Shown here piece by piece: positions 26,078 to 40,039 of a stretch of 64,000 nt of DNA. The position numbers were made by a program, and so were the translations under genes. Source of the stretch: Octopus vulgaris (Eukaryota); assembly GCA_951406725.2 (NCBI GenBank), contig OX597823.1, positions 67,642,001 to 67,706,000 on the forward strand, written 5' to 3'. The first letter of the stretch is position 1. The number at the start of each line of letters is the position of its first letter. Below the pieces are notes generated by a model, which was not told the DNA's origin, made no database searches, and saw nothing but the letters and a program-made list of their open reading frames with translations.

Positions 26078-27688
26078 ATACTTGCCCAAGGTGTCATGCA
26101 GTGGGATTGAACCCAAAGCCATGTGGTTGGGAAATAAACTTCTTATGACTATGTTTTCATCCGTTTGACCTTTAATCATCATCAGGTTTCCTTTTATTGG
26201 ACATTTTCAGATTCTATTCAAAATAAGTATGTTTTTAAACTAAAGGCAGTAAATCTATCCATTACGTTATTGATACATGTACATTGTAAGCATCAAGAAA
26301 TAAGATAAAGACTAAACTTCCTATTTAAAGGTGATCCAAATTAGAACCTTCCATCAGGTTCATTTTTGTTCCAATACAAGATTATGAAATTATGGAGGAG
26401 GGCAGTTGTCGATTACACTGACCCCAGTTACTCAACTGGTAATTATTTCATCAACCCTGGAAGGATGAATGCCAAAGTTGACCTCAGTGGAATTTGAGCC
26501 CAGAATGTAAAACCAGAAGAAATGTTGCAAAGCATTTTGTCTGGCATGCTACAGATTCTACCAATTCACTGCCTTAAAATACAAGACTAATAATAATAAC
26601 AAAGTTATTTCACTAAAATCTTCATTATTTTCAAATTTAATTGAAAAGCAGGTAATGTATTTAAAAAAAAAATATATCTGTTATTAATAAACAACTAATG
26701 TCTGGTTCCTCAACAACAAGAATAAGAACTATATCCAATTTTGTAAACTAATAAGGAAACCTCCATGCGTTCACCTGCCCTCCTGGATACAGCAGCCAAA
26801 TTCTAAAATTTCTCTCCCCCACCCAAAAATTAATCACAAAACAAAAAAAATTATTTAAATAAAGGCGTGGCTGTGTGGTAAGAAGCTTGCTTCCCAACCA
26901 CATGGTTCCAGGTTCAGTCCCACTGCGTGACACCTGGGTAAGTGTCTTCTACTATAACCTTGAGCTGACCAAAGTCGTGTGAGTGGATTTGGTAGACGGA
27001 AACTAAAAGAAGCCCATCATATATATATATATATATATATATGTTTATGTGTCTGTGTTTGTCCCCCAACCATTGCTTGACAAAAGATGTTGGTGTGTTT
27101 ACGTCCCCATAACTTAGCGATTCGGCAAAAAAGATCGATAGAATGACTGAAACCAGTAAAAGAAATAAAGAACAGGTTGACAACATAGTCCTTGATATAT
27201 AAAACAAACAGGATCATTATGTAGATCAAGTTTTAATTATACTGCTTGACTAGGGCTGATCTATGGCTAAAAGAAAAACAAAACCCAATTTGTTACAAAC
27301 ATGGGAACTTCCACAAGCCACTGTGTGAGCCTTTACATAGTCAAGCATCGTACTGGTAATAGTAGTAAAATCTCTTTAAAGAACACATTGAACAATGCAA
27401 TCCTGGATCAAAGCTCCATAAGGGATGACCTTAGGTTTAACAACAATGTGATCTGTTCCTGTAATAATCTTAAATAAATGCTGTATATTTGCAGTTTGGT
27501 ACAAAACAGAGGCAACTTGTTTGGACTTCCGACTTATTAGTCTCTAGATCTGAGTAAATATGTATATATCTATTGTTTAGTGTGTGTATACAGCATTACA
27601 TAACATTTTTATACTCTTTTACAGCATTAAATATTCGAAGTTTTATGATCATGGTGTTTAGTATCTGCTAGAAAATTTTAATACCAAC

Positions 27689-27730
<42 letters not shown>

Positions 27731-28343
27731 CATACACACACGTTTACATTGAGACTAACATTGAACACACACAACTACATTTATATACATATTTATACCC
27801 AAACAACAATACATATAAAGATACATTAATATCAATACTTATCCTCATACAAATATTCACATTGCTAGTTACCTAAATATTATGTTCATACACACACACA
27901 CGCACACACACACACACACGCACACACACACACAGCCAGATAGATATGCAGATTTACAGAGAGCTGAGATTTGGCAGAGTCAATAGAGTGTTAGATAGAA
28001 TGCCTTGCAGTACTTGAGTTCAAATCCTGTTGAGGTCAACTTCACCTTTTATCCTTTCAGCTTCAATAAATAACGAATCAATCCAGAACTAGGGTCAATT
28101 GCTTTCGTTCTCTTTTTCTCTTTTCTCTCTGGAAGATATTGGCTGTGGTCAGAACTGGAGAAGGATGAGCTCCATCGGATTTAGATGCTCATGACATGCT
28201 GTAAGTCAAAATGACAGAGCTACAACCCTTCTCTAACCCCAGATTTAGATGTCATAGCAGATCTATGACCCCCATAAGGAGTTGAGGTCTGAAGATAAAG
28301 CAGATACATAAGCATATTTACATACACACACACATAAATAAAG

Positions 28344-28390
<47 letters not shown>

Positions 28391-29309
28391 TTCACATACA
28401 GGTATGCACATTTCAATAGATATACACACCAGAGAGAAAGGAACAAACAGACAGATACATACATACATATTCGCATATACTGTCTAGGTCTTACATAAGT
28501 CATACTTACAGAAATACATACAGTTACACACACACACAAATATATATATATATGTATATATACACATATAAACACATACACAGATACAGTTACGTATATA
28601 CATAGGCACACACATATAAAAAAAACACGCAGTTATAATTATACAGATATACTTGTTTTCATACACATCTAGATAGTTATACATACATTCATATAGACAG
28701 CTACACACACACACACACACACACACAAAGTAAGCTTTTGGACTAAATGCCTTAGAGACACACATGTATGTCTAATGTTATAAACTGCTGAACAAATGTT
28801 GTTGTCATCAAGCAACTTCTTGTGATGTTAGCACACTTAACTGGTACATGCCAAACCAACATAAACTTCACATACATGAATATCTCCCAATTATAGAGAG
28901 AAAGCTTTTAAAAGCAAATTATTTTCCAATATTCTCCATACTTGGAATTCATAGAAATTATTATATACCACTTAGCTATTAAATGATAATGATCATCATC
29001 ATCATCATCAACATTTAAACATTGCTTTCGCATGAAATCTATTCTACTGTTTATGGAAAATAAATAAATAAAACTAAAATTTAAATGACCTAATTAAAGT
29101 CTATTAATAGGTGCTTAAATAATCCATCTAAAAAAAAAAGTTCCCCTTCCACCTCCGCCATACCCAAATCAAAACAAACATTTACATCAAAATTTGACTA
29201 GCCAGTTTTTTTTTTTAATCTCTTAAAAATTTGTCTGATTTGAATACTTTCAATTAAGATTTTAAATTCATTTTCAGTTTGTGATATTCCTTAATTGTGT
29301 CTTATTGAT

Positions 29310-29345
29310 GTGTGTGTATGTGTGTGCACATACATACATACATAT

Positions 29346-29396
<51 letters not shown>

Positions 29397-29925
29397 CATA
29401 CATACATACACATATATATATATATATATACATACATACACATATATATATACATACATACACATATATATATATATATATATATACATACATACACATA
29501 AATATATACATATATATATATATATATATACACATAAATATATACATATATATATATACATATATACACATATATATATACATATATATATATATATACA
29601 TATACACACATATATATACATATATATATATACATATATACACATATATATACATATATATATATACATATATACACATATATATACATATATATATACA
29701 TATATACACATATATATACATATATATATATACACATATATACACATATATATATACATATATATATACATATATACACATATATACACATATATATATA
29801 TACATATATACACATATATACACATATATATATACATATATATATACATATATACACATATATATATACACACATATATATATACATATATACACATATA
29901 TATATACATATATACACATATATAT

Positions 29926-29970
<45 letters not shown>
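29310..29970. repeat. Compound (TA)n/(CA)n microsatellite
   Basis: Seen directly. Confidence 0.98.
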
Positions 29971-29971
<1 letters not shown>

Positions 29972-30445
29972 CATTATTGGTGAATTGAAGAAATGGAGCT
30001 GAACGCAGATTGAACAGAATCTGCGTTTGAACTGATAAATCTGCGATTGAACTGATAAACAGTTTCGCCATGGGCTCTTAGGAGCATAGTTCGATTTGTT
30101 TTTGCTCCGCCTCTGTTCTGTTTTTGTTTTTCCAACGGATTTCCTATTTTCTTCCTGAAGAGAAAGACACAATATGGTCCCATTATTCCATCGGATTTTG
30201 GTAATTTGTGCCTTTCGAAACACGTGTAGAATGAAATAAAACGATTTCTGTTCAATCTGCGTTCAGCTCCATTTCTTCAATTCACCAATAATGTTCTAAT
30301 TTCAATTACCCGCACCAACGCACGGTTGCAACACCATATGGTTGTACCTCCAACCGTGCTGTTTTACTGCTGTGATTTTTGCTACTAAGGTATCGGTTAA
30401 ACTTTTGATTAATCTACTACAAGATTATTCATCTTTCTATTTCAC

Positions 30446-30450
<5 letters not shown>
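29971..30450 (+). mobile_element. Non-autonomous Penelope-like element (inverted ~50-bp repeats enclosing a hammerhead, plus a 3' tail) inserted in (TA)n
   Basis: 29971-30019 is the reverse complement of ~30246-30294. Internal hammerhead. Both flanks are (TA)n. Confidence 0.65.
30145..30238 (+). ncRNA. Type I hammerhead ribozyme (Penelope-type, palindromic stem III, extended stem II)
   Basis: Stem I TATTTTCTTC/GAATGAAATA; core CTGAAGA 30155-30161; stem II GAAAGACACAA/TTGTGCCTTTC; GAAA 30217-30220; self-complementary ACACGTGT; GUA cleavage triplet ending at 30228. Confidence 0.8.
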
Positions 30451-30493
<43 letters not shown>

Positions 30494-33400
30494 CACACAC
30501 ACACACACGTATATACAGGCACATATAAACACAGACTTATATGCATCTGTATACATACAAATGTATGTAAAATATACACACATATACAAATGTATGCATA
30601 TATATGTAGTGGATGGGGTCAGCATAAGAATACAGTAGCGTGAAAGTGGAAGAATTTGTCTTTTCCAATTCTTTTGGTTTCCTGCATTGCAATTTCAGTT
30701 ACTGGACTATGGCCATTCTGGGGCACTGCCTTCAATGGTTACTAGCTATATGTATCAACTCCCTTTCTCCAGTAGTCTGTCTGGTACATTTCTTTTTCTA
30801 GTAAAGAGAGAAAGAAAGAAAAACAGCCCCAAAAAACTGACCTTGGTGTGAAGGGGTATAACTGGCATGAAGCATAATACCCAAGTGTACTTTTGCTTGA
30901 TGCACTGATTTCTCAATGTGTTCAGTCCCACTCTGTGGCAACTTAAGGCAACTGTCTTCTATTATGTCCCTGGGCTAACCAAAGCCTTGTGAGTGGATTG
31001 AGTAGATGGAAATGAAACTCATCATGTGAGCATGTTTGTGTGTGTGTTTGTTTGTCTTCCACCACTGCTTCAACGTTAGTATTGGTTTGTCTACATCCTT
31101 TCCACTTAGCAGTTTGGTATAACACATTTACAAAGGCGTAAAGGCATACACACACAATGGGCTTCTGCAATGATTCCACCCATGAAATTTCACTCTGGGA
31201 TAATGGTAGACAATACTTGCTTAAGCGGGATCAAACTTGAAACCATGTGGTTGGTTGCAAAGTAAATTTCTTTAACCACACAGCAATATATGAACTCGTG
31301 ATGTTTCTGCTGCATTGTAAGTATATAATCTTTAAATAAATTGGAGTAATGATTCTCTGTCCATTATGTTAACTCCTCCTAGACTGTTGGTGCAAGGACA
31401 ACGAAACTCAAAACAGCAACTCCTCTAATCTGAGAGAGTGTCCTAAGGAGGTCTATTTTTTTAAGGGCTGCCTAATTGAGGCCCCACTGACCCCCTTATT
31501 TTTACTGAATTTTAGACTAAATACATAGCATTGGTGACCATATCAGAGGTATGGCAATGAATTTCATATCATGAATTCCCAGGGAGTATCGTAAGGAGGT
31601 TCAATTTCTGAAGGGCTGTTTAAATGGGGGCTCCCGCCTATTTTTACTGCATTTACCTCACTCCTATGCTAATTGATTAAACTATGATCAACATTAGTGC
31701 TTAACATATTTTCAGAAATAAGGTTGGACATTCTAAATACCTTCATGTACATTCAAATCGAGATAAAGAGTTATAACAGGTACGTTTCAAGTGTGGTAGT
31801 GTGGTTATTTATATTTTATAGTTTATGAAACTTATGTCTAAGTGGAAAACTAATCTTCCCATTCCGGTTACAGTATCCCCCTAAAGATTTGTAATAGAAG
31901 GCAGAATGAGACTGAGATGAAATGGATCCTATTCATTTTATCTCAATCTCATTTTAATATTTTTTTAGAAATGGTAAAGTGATAGAAAAATTATGATAGC
32001 TATGATAGTCATACATTTTACTCGCTTAGTACAAATGAAGGTTCAAGTCTAAAAATATGAAGCGAATTAATTACTACAGTGAGTTTCAAAGCACATATAA
32101 GTCCATGAAAGTGTCACAAATTTTCATTTTCAGAATAAAATGAAAAAAAAAAAAGAAACATGCGTAGGAGTGGCTGTTTGGTAGGCATAGGAGTGGCTGT
32201 GTGGTAGGCGTAGGAGTGGCTGTGTGGTAAGTAGCTTGCTTACCAACCACATGTTTCTAGGTTCAGTACCACTGCGTGGCACCTTGGGAAAGTGTCTTCT
32301 ACTATAGCCTTGGGCCGACCAAAGCCTTGTGAGTAGATTTGGTAGACAGAAACTGAAAAAAGCATGTCGTATATATGTCATCATCATCATCGTTTAACAT
32401 CCGCTTTCCATGCTAGCATGGGTTGGACGGTTTAACTGGGGTCTGGGAAGCCAGAAGGCTGCACCAGGCCCAGTCTGATCTGGCAGTGTTTCTACAGCTG
32501 GATGCCCTTCCTAAAGCCAACACTTCATGAGTGTAGTGGGTGCTTTGTAAGTGCCACCGGCACAGGTGCCAGATGAGGCTGGCAAACGGCCACGATCAGA
32601 TGGTGCTTTTTACGCGCCACCGGCACGGAGACCAGACAAGGCTGGCAACAGCCTGGAGACCAGACGAGGCTCGCATGATGATGATGATGATGATATATAT
32701 ATATATATGTGTGTGTGTGTATATGTTTGTGTGTCTGTGTTTGTCCCCCCCAATATCGCTTGACAACCGATGTTGGTGTGTTTACGTCCCCGTATCTTAG
32801 CAGTTTGGCAAAAGAGACCGATAGAATAAGTACTAGGCATCCAAAGAATAAATCATGGGGTTGATTTGCTCGACTAAAGGCGATGCTCCAGCATGGCCAC
32901 AGTCAAATGACTGAAACAAGTAAGTAAAGAGAGACATGGAAAATGGATTCTGAAGGCCTTAAATGTGCCTGACAGAGGAGCTAGTCCAAAGGGTGGCTTC
33001 AAGGCTAGTATTGGAATATATGTTCAGACAATTTTGAGTGTAATGAAATGGTTGAGATGAAAACCAAGGCAGAAAAATGAATCTTAAAAAATATTGTTGT
33101 TTAGCCCTTACAATCACAAGTTCTCCAGTCATAACCATCAACTCAGTTTTTCCCTTTTATATACATAGTGTATTTAGGAACATTTCATCAAATGTGTGTC
33201 TTCTTTAAAAGAAAGACAGTACAGAGTGATAGGAAGAGATGTTATTTTCAGAAGATTGAGGCTCATGTGACAACTATTATTAACAAGCAGACCTAGGATC
33301 CGAAGCATTCCAAGTATGACCAGCCGTTCCTTTATTCAGTCACAGTTTATCTAGGACTAAATTGTCTAATAGCTCCTTCCATCTTAAGACAATAGGATAT

Positions 33401-33812
33401 GATTTAAATCTAGAGGTTAAGGGAGATATAGTTGCAAGCCAATTGTGCATAGAGGCTCTCTTCTTGGCTAATATATGAATTATGATGATGAAGACAATTA
33501 TGATAATATTTGGAAGTATTTTGAATGGAAATTGAAGAACTGTATGTTGGTTGCTGCCTGTGCTGTATCTTATTCCAATCTTTACTCTTACATGGCATTG
33601 TTTTGGTATTTGAAAAGTTGACATAGTTACTAGGAAGTCCTACCATAGACTGAACTGGTTATTGTCTCCTCTTGCTTTCAAACAAAGATGGGACTGCCTT
33701 TCGTCAAAGGATGTAAATTAACTTTGGAAATTAATTCCAAATTTCTAAGAATTGTCTGTCGTTCTCTATGACAGTTACTGATATCTGCTGTTACATTTTT
33801 GAACAGAAGCAT

Positions 33813-33932
33813 ACACACACACACACACACTCTCTCTCTCTCTCACACACACACTCTCTCTCTCTCACACACACACACACACTCTCTCTCTCACACACAC
33901 ACTCTCTCTCTCTCTCTCTCACACACATACAC
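33813..33932. repeat. Alternating (CA)n/(CT)n microsatellite
   Basis: Seen directly. Confidence 0.95.
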
Positions 33933-34882
33933 ACTCAAGTGTGTAGACAGATAGAGTCAGTCAAGGAAACATAGAGACTCTCTTAGACAGAAAGGCAAAC
34001 ACACACACACACACATACAGACAGGCAGATGCAGCATGCAGATAGACACAAGTGTGCATCATAGACACACAGAAAGATAAATATATATACGAAGACAAAC
34101 ACATGAATATTCTGAGACTAGCACATGCGTACAGACATGGACGAACAGGTGGAGAGGTGCAGTCAGTCACACAGTTGGATACAAACATACACAGACACAC
34201 AAATGCATAAACTGTTATAGAGAAGGAGAGAGGTGACACAAAGAGTATATTCTTTTAGATACATTATCATAGAAAACTTACGAAACGAAATGACTGAAAA
34301 TATGTTTTATGAAACAAAATTAATTATAAAATGCTTCATTTATCAACATGCATTTGTTACATGAGCTGTGTTAAAATGTTGCAGCAAAAAAATAACCCCC
34401 AAAAACATTAAGAAAAATGAAGATTTTGATACATATACATAAATTGATGTATAATAAAAAGCACATTTTAACAGGGTTGAGACATGTTAATAGTTTGACT
34501 GTGTTCAATGTAGATGTAGTCAAACTTTTTAATTTATTTACTGACAATTCCAATATAAATGTTATGAAACTAGAATGTTTCAGCCCTTATAAATTGTATC
34601 TTTTCTTAAATATTTCACACTAAATAATACTGAGTGCCTTAATTTTTGCTAATATTAGTGTAAGCATTCAAACATCATCATTATCTTTCTAAATCCTGAA
34701 GCATTCCACATAGAATTTTTGATGTTCCAAAGTCATCTTGGTGTATAGGTCAACTAATATTTTTGGCTTTAAATTTTGGTCTGAAAAATTTGACTTGTAT
34801 GCTGGAAAATAGGATACATAGGGTAAACAGGGTAAAGCATTCACACACAAACATACATTTTATATCATACATACATACATAT

Positions 34883-34935
<53 letters not shown>

Positions 34936-35267
34936 TTGTAACACATATGCATATATACAGGAATACATGCAAGCAAACCAAAGTAGTTTTTACATGGCTA
35001 GTCAACCTGCTGGAAATAATAACCAAATCACTCAAATCAGATACTGCTGTCTAAATAAAGGATACAGTAGGCAATGCTGTCCTTGATATATACGAAAAGA
35101 CTGGATGGTCATGAATGGCTACAACATATTTGATCACTGATATAGCATGACTCTACCAGGGCTTGTCTGGCATAAACAACAACAACAATACTAACAGCAA
35201 ACAAAAAGCAGAAAATGTATCAAAAAGAAAATGAAAAAGGATAGAAAAACGTTTGAGTTTTACTAAC

Positions 35268-35428
35268 TGCAGCATTTAAACTGTTAATTTTATTCCGCAT
35301 CCTCATGCAATAATAGAGTCCAAACCGGATAGCAAAGCCTTCACTGCCACAGGGATAGCGGTCATTGATACAAGTGTAGTAAGTACAGTCACCTGTTGCA
35401 CTTTTTAACAGACATTTGCTGTCGATAC
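35268..35428 (-). CDS. Stanniocalcin-like Cys-rich protein, internal coding exon A (GIDSKCLLKSATGDCTYYTCINDRYPCGSEGFAIRFGLYYCMRMRNKINSLNAA)
   Basis: T-tract+AG acceptor at 35430-35429 (phase 1) and GTTAGT donor at 35267 (phase 0). The C-x-YY-x-C...CG-x-x-GF...G-x-YYC pattern resembles invertebrate stanniocalcin-like domains (family call from recall, not a search). Confidence 0.88.
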
Positions 35429-37795
35429 CTAAAAAAAAACAAAAAAACAAATTGAGAAGTCAATTTTATAATCACTGATTTTTGACACAGGCACAAGACA
35501 AAAAAGAAAAAAAATTGGGAGGAGGGTAGACTGTGTAATTAAATTTCATGATCATTCCTCTAAGAATGTTAATTATCCACCAAAAGAAATAGAGCTGATA
35601 TTTTCTGCTACTGCAATACTTTTTCAGTGTTTCCTGTAGGTATGGTCTGAATCACCACCACTAAAAGTATTTGATTCTTGCTCTGTAAAGAGATATTTGA
35701 TGAAATATGTGAAAAAAATTAAGAAAATCTGAAAAATTGTATTCTGCCAGAAGTGTACTTGAGAATGTCCTCAAAACTGTAGGGTAAAACTGCTTTCCAC
35801 AGTTAACAGTAATAATATTTTTGAGTGGATATAAAATGGCAAGCTGGCAGAATTATTAGAATGCCAGAAAAAATGCTTAGCACCACTTTGTCCTTCTTCA
35901 TGTTCTGAGTTCAAATTCCACCAAGGTTGACTTCTGTCATCCTTCCAGGGTTGATAAAATGAGTACCAGTTGAGCACTGGGGTCAAGGTACTCGACTTAA
36001 CCCCAACCAACGAAATTGCTGTTAAAATTTGAAACCAATATTTAGAATGGATATATCCACTTTCCTCATTCAAAGAACTCATTAAATCATCACCACCCAC
36101 CCACACCCGTACACACCCAGTATTTGATTGGTATTTTATTTTATGAATCTCAAGTAGTTTAAATTCCAATGAAAGAGTCTTGTTTCTGGGCTGGAAGTCA
36201 GATTGTTTTCCAATGTTGAAAAAAAGTTGAATGTGTAGAGTTCAAAGCAAGAACACAAGCATTTAGAATATTCCATACCAAATAAAATAACCACAAGAAG
36301 TGAAAAATGAATTCCAAAATATTAATCTCAGAATATTTGAATTCAATTCACATAGGGCATTTCTTATAAAATTAAGACATTGACATGCTATTGTTTTATC
36401 AGTTGCAGGGGAGCGAGCTGGCAGAATCGTTAGCAAGCCAGGCGAAATGCTTAGCAGTGTTTCGCCTGCCGCTATGTTCTGAGTTCAAATTCTACCAAGG
36501 TCAACTTTGCCTTTCATCCTTTTGGGGTTGATGTAATTGACTAGCCCACTTCCCCCAAAAATTTTCAAGGCCTTGTGCCTAGAGTAGAAATAATTATTTT
36601 ATCAGTTGCTATTTGAGAACTGTTGTGAAGTTTTTTGCTTTTTTTATAAAGTCGACATCAGCAAGATTTGAACTCAGAATGTACAGCAACCTAACTAAAT
36701 ATCACAAAGCATTTTGTTCATGTTTACAAGAAAACCAATGATTGCAACAATGCTATCCATGCAGTTAGCATCACTCCACCAATACCTTTCAAATTATAAA
36801 CTCATTCACAATAAACATCTTTCATCATCATCATCATTTAATGTGTCTTCCATGGCATAGGTTGGATGGTTTGAGAGGAGCCAGCCAGGTAGAAGACTAC
36901 ACCAGGCTACTGTTTTTGCATGATTTTTACGGCTGGATACCCTTCCTAACACCAACCACTCCATAGAGTGGACTCAGTGCTTTTTATGTGGCACCAGCAT
37001 AAACGAGGCCAGTTTTGGAATTTTTTTTTCATTTGGATGCCTTTCCAAATGCAAACTATCTTACAGTGTGGACTGGATGCTTTTTATGTGGCACCAGCAC
37101 CGGTAGGGTCACCAAGTAATTTGCAAGACAAGGAATTATGAGAGGGGATGGGGCATTAAAGGAGGTGATCTATACCTGTCTTGTTACTTAATTTCAATTT
37201 GGACATCATTATGTACTGAGATATATTAATAAACCAAAATGTAGGTAAGTTGAAGGAGATTGTTGAAGACTTATTCGAGGCCTGCAAAACCACAAACCAC
37301 CTTTGTCAGTGAACAGTAGCATCTGTTACATTTTCACCTACATGTTAGGCATATTTATTCGGTGAAGTGGGTTGATGACAGTACATGCACTTGATGTCAT
37401 TTCAAATAAGAGTGTTTCTCTCACATGGCTTACTGCTGCAAAATTTGAAAACTTTGAATGAAGCTATAAGATGTATATTTTTGAAAATTTTAAATTAACT
37501 CTGCAATACCCTGTACATAGAAAATCATAGCAAGAGAACAGCTTTTACTAGTGTTGCTATGCAGTGTTACTTCAATCTAAGTCACCCCCAGAAAGCTCAC
37601 ACAATTCTATTATTTACAAAAATGATTTTAGTCTTAAAGCAAAATTTTGATAACTTACTATCGATATTCTTTAATGTAGTTTTATTATACCCAGTTTCAA
37701 ATTGTAAATGTTTTCTTTTTATATTTTCTTTTGTATTCAATATTTCAGATATCATTTCATCAATGTTTTCTCTTTCCAATCTTACACTTACATAC

Positions 37796-37987
37796 CAGAT
37801 ATCATCTTTTAAAGTCTTTCTTTGAACACAGATCAATTGATATCAGTTTTCTTGAAGCACTCATGGAGTACAGCTACCTCATATGCATAGTTATTGTTTT
37901 ATAATTTATCCATCATCTTGTATAAGAGATCGACCATCAGAAGAAACAGTAAATAAACGGAAATGTTCAAATTGAAATTTTTCAAAA
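37796..37987 (-). other. Candidate alternative 5' exon
   Basis: GTCTTCTCTGCAG acceptor and CTG|GTATGT donor. Ends ATG ATA TCT G (phase 1), which would give MISGIDSKC... with no signal peptide. Confidence 0.3.
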
Positions 37988-38730
37988 CTGCAGAGAAGAC
38001 ATAATTGTGTTGCAGAAAAGTATTTCAGAGAAAGTTGTTAAGGGTTGCAGAAAGATAACAGATCAACTTCAGATAACGTCAAAACATAAATGTGCCAACA
38101 GCTAAACCTAGCAAGTGACCAGAAATACTGGAAACTCATCAAAATAGAAAATTTGTCACTTGTGAAACCATCCAAAATTATCAATGAAAGAAATCAAAGA
38201 AAGCTAGAATTTTAGATTTTAAGGCAAGTGCTGGAGATTCTTCATATTATGATCATAAACTAAATAAACTCAAATACAAATGGAAATCTGAACAGAATAC
38301 AATAGTAATACGAACAATATCAAAGTTTCTTAAACAAACAATCATACTTCAAATATGAAGTATATTTAATGTTTTTTTTTTGTTTATCCATGTTAGCAAG
38401 GGTTTCAGAAATATATTATTGTGGCATCATTTTAGAGCTGGTTGAATGTTTAGTCTACATCATCTGGTTACTCCAGCCTTGTGGCAATGGGCCACACTCT
38501 ATACTACATTGACTTGTATGCCAGCAAATACAGTATGCAGGGTTTCTTTTATGACTGCCTATACAAGCTAGTTGATGATGTACTGTTTAAACATTGATAA
38601 TATTGCTTGATCCAGTAATACTATACTGGATCAAACAATAAATTATCATTAAATAAGATTAAAACGTCTACAGGTATCTGATTTGATTTCACACATATTT
38701 ATGTGCTTACAAAACTGAGTAATGACTATG

Positions 38731-38945
38731 TACAATGGAGTGCTGAAAAGTTCCTGGCTTTAAGGGTATCATGAAAAAGGTCTGGTTGGAGGACCAACCT
38801 TCCCAGCTCTTTTACAAAGCTTAGAGAAACTGAAGGACCAGTGCAATGAGTGTGTGAATCTGAGATGATGTATAAAATCATAATTAACTGATCCTTCTGT
38901 ATTTTCTTTCACCCAAAACCAGGAATTTTTCAGCACACCCTCATA
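38731..38945. mobile_element. Mariner-type MITE
   Basis: TIRs GTGCTGAAAAGTTCCTGG / CCAGGAATTTTTCAGCAC with TA at both ends. Confidence 0.7.
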
Positions 38946-39336
38946 AGTTATTTATTGTTTAATTTACAAATATATACTCTCTATAATATACAGAAAGGTC
39001 TTTTCTTGTGATATGTTTCAGGTTCTGCGTCACTCTGCAGTATTTTGGGCATGTGCCATCTATAACAATAGCCTAGGTTAACTTGAGAGTGAATTCGGTA
39101 GAAAGGATCTTTAGGAAGCTTGTCATGTGTGTGTGTGTGTGTGTGTGAAAGGAATGTGAATGTTAATATTGCACAGCAGCCAATAGGCTGAGCAAAACAT
39201 CAATGATGTAATATAAACAAGCAGCATTGTCAACAGGAAGAACATCAGACTAAAAAGTCATGCCTCAAATATTCCAATTCAAACTACAATAACATTGAAA
39301 AACAGATGTTGAACAAATAAATATAATATATATATA

Positions 39337-40030
39337 CAGGGTGCAGTGAATATATTGTTCTCTAAATTATACAAAAATGAAAATAATACTGACATCTCAG
39401 ATATATTTACCAAAATTATATAAAAATATCTTGAAATACTACAGAATAAATTTATTCAATAAAATCCCCATTGGCTTCAACCATGGCCTCCAGACGACTT
39501 TGGAATTTCCTGCAACTCTTCTGGACGGTCTCCTTGTTTACGCTGGTGAATACTACCATAATCCTTGCCTTCGCTTCATCTTTGGTGTTACAAGGAGTTT
39601 TGTTAATCTCTCACTCAACTGAGCTCCACACATAATAATCAAGGGGGTTGCAGTTTGGGGAGTAAGTGGCCATAACTGGGTTCTCCTGATTGTGTGGCAT
39701 GGTGCAGAGTCCTGCTGCCAGACATAGGGTCTTCCAGTAGCCACCCTCTTGACCCAGGGCAGCACTACCTCCTCCAGGCACTTAATGTAGGATTCCGTAT
39801 TGAGTTTGAGACCATATGCGAAGATGAATGTATGCATAATGTCACCATCACTAGTGATCACTCCAAACACCATGATGCTGACTGGATGTTTGGTTTTTAT
39901 CACTCTCGGTACATGTTTTGGGAACATGACAAGCCAACAGTTGTTCTGGTTTTCACCATCTGTTCATATTGGAACTTCCGGCACGAATGCCAGGCAGTAC
40001 ACTATGTCTTTCAAATTTCTGGCAGAGTGA
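39337..40030 (-). pseudogene. Tc1/mariner (DD37D maT-like) transposase remnant
   Basis: KTKHPVSIMVFGVITSDG...YIKCLEEVVLPW...YVWQQDSAPCHT plus a frameshifted PDCNPLDYYVW motif. TA-CAGGGTG terminus at ~39335. Confidence 0.8.
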
Positions 40031-40039
40031 ATTGCGTCC

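Noticed and set aside
36140-36350. Hydrophobic minus-strand frame resembling a signal peptide
   Set aside because: The nearest ATG is followed immediately by TGA, and the frame stops before any phase-1 donor.
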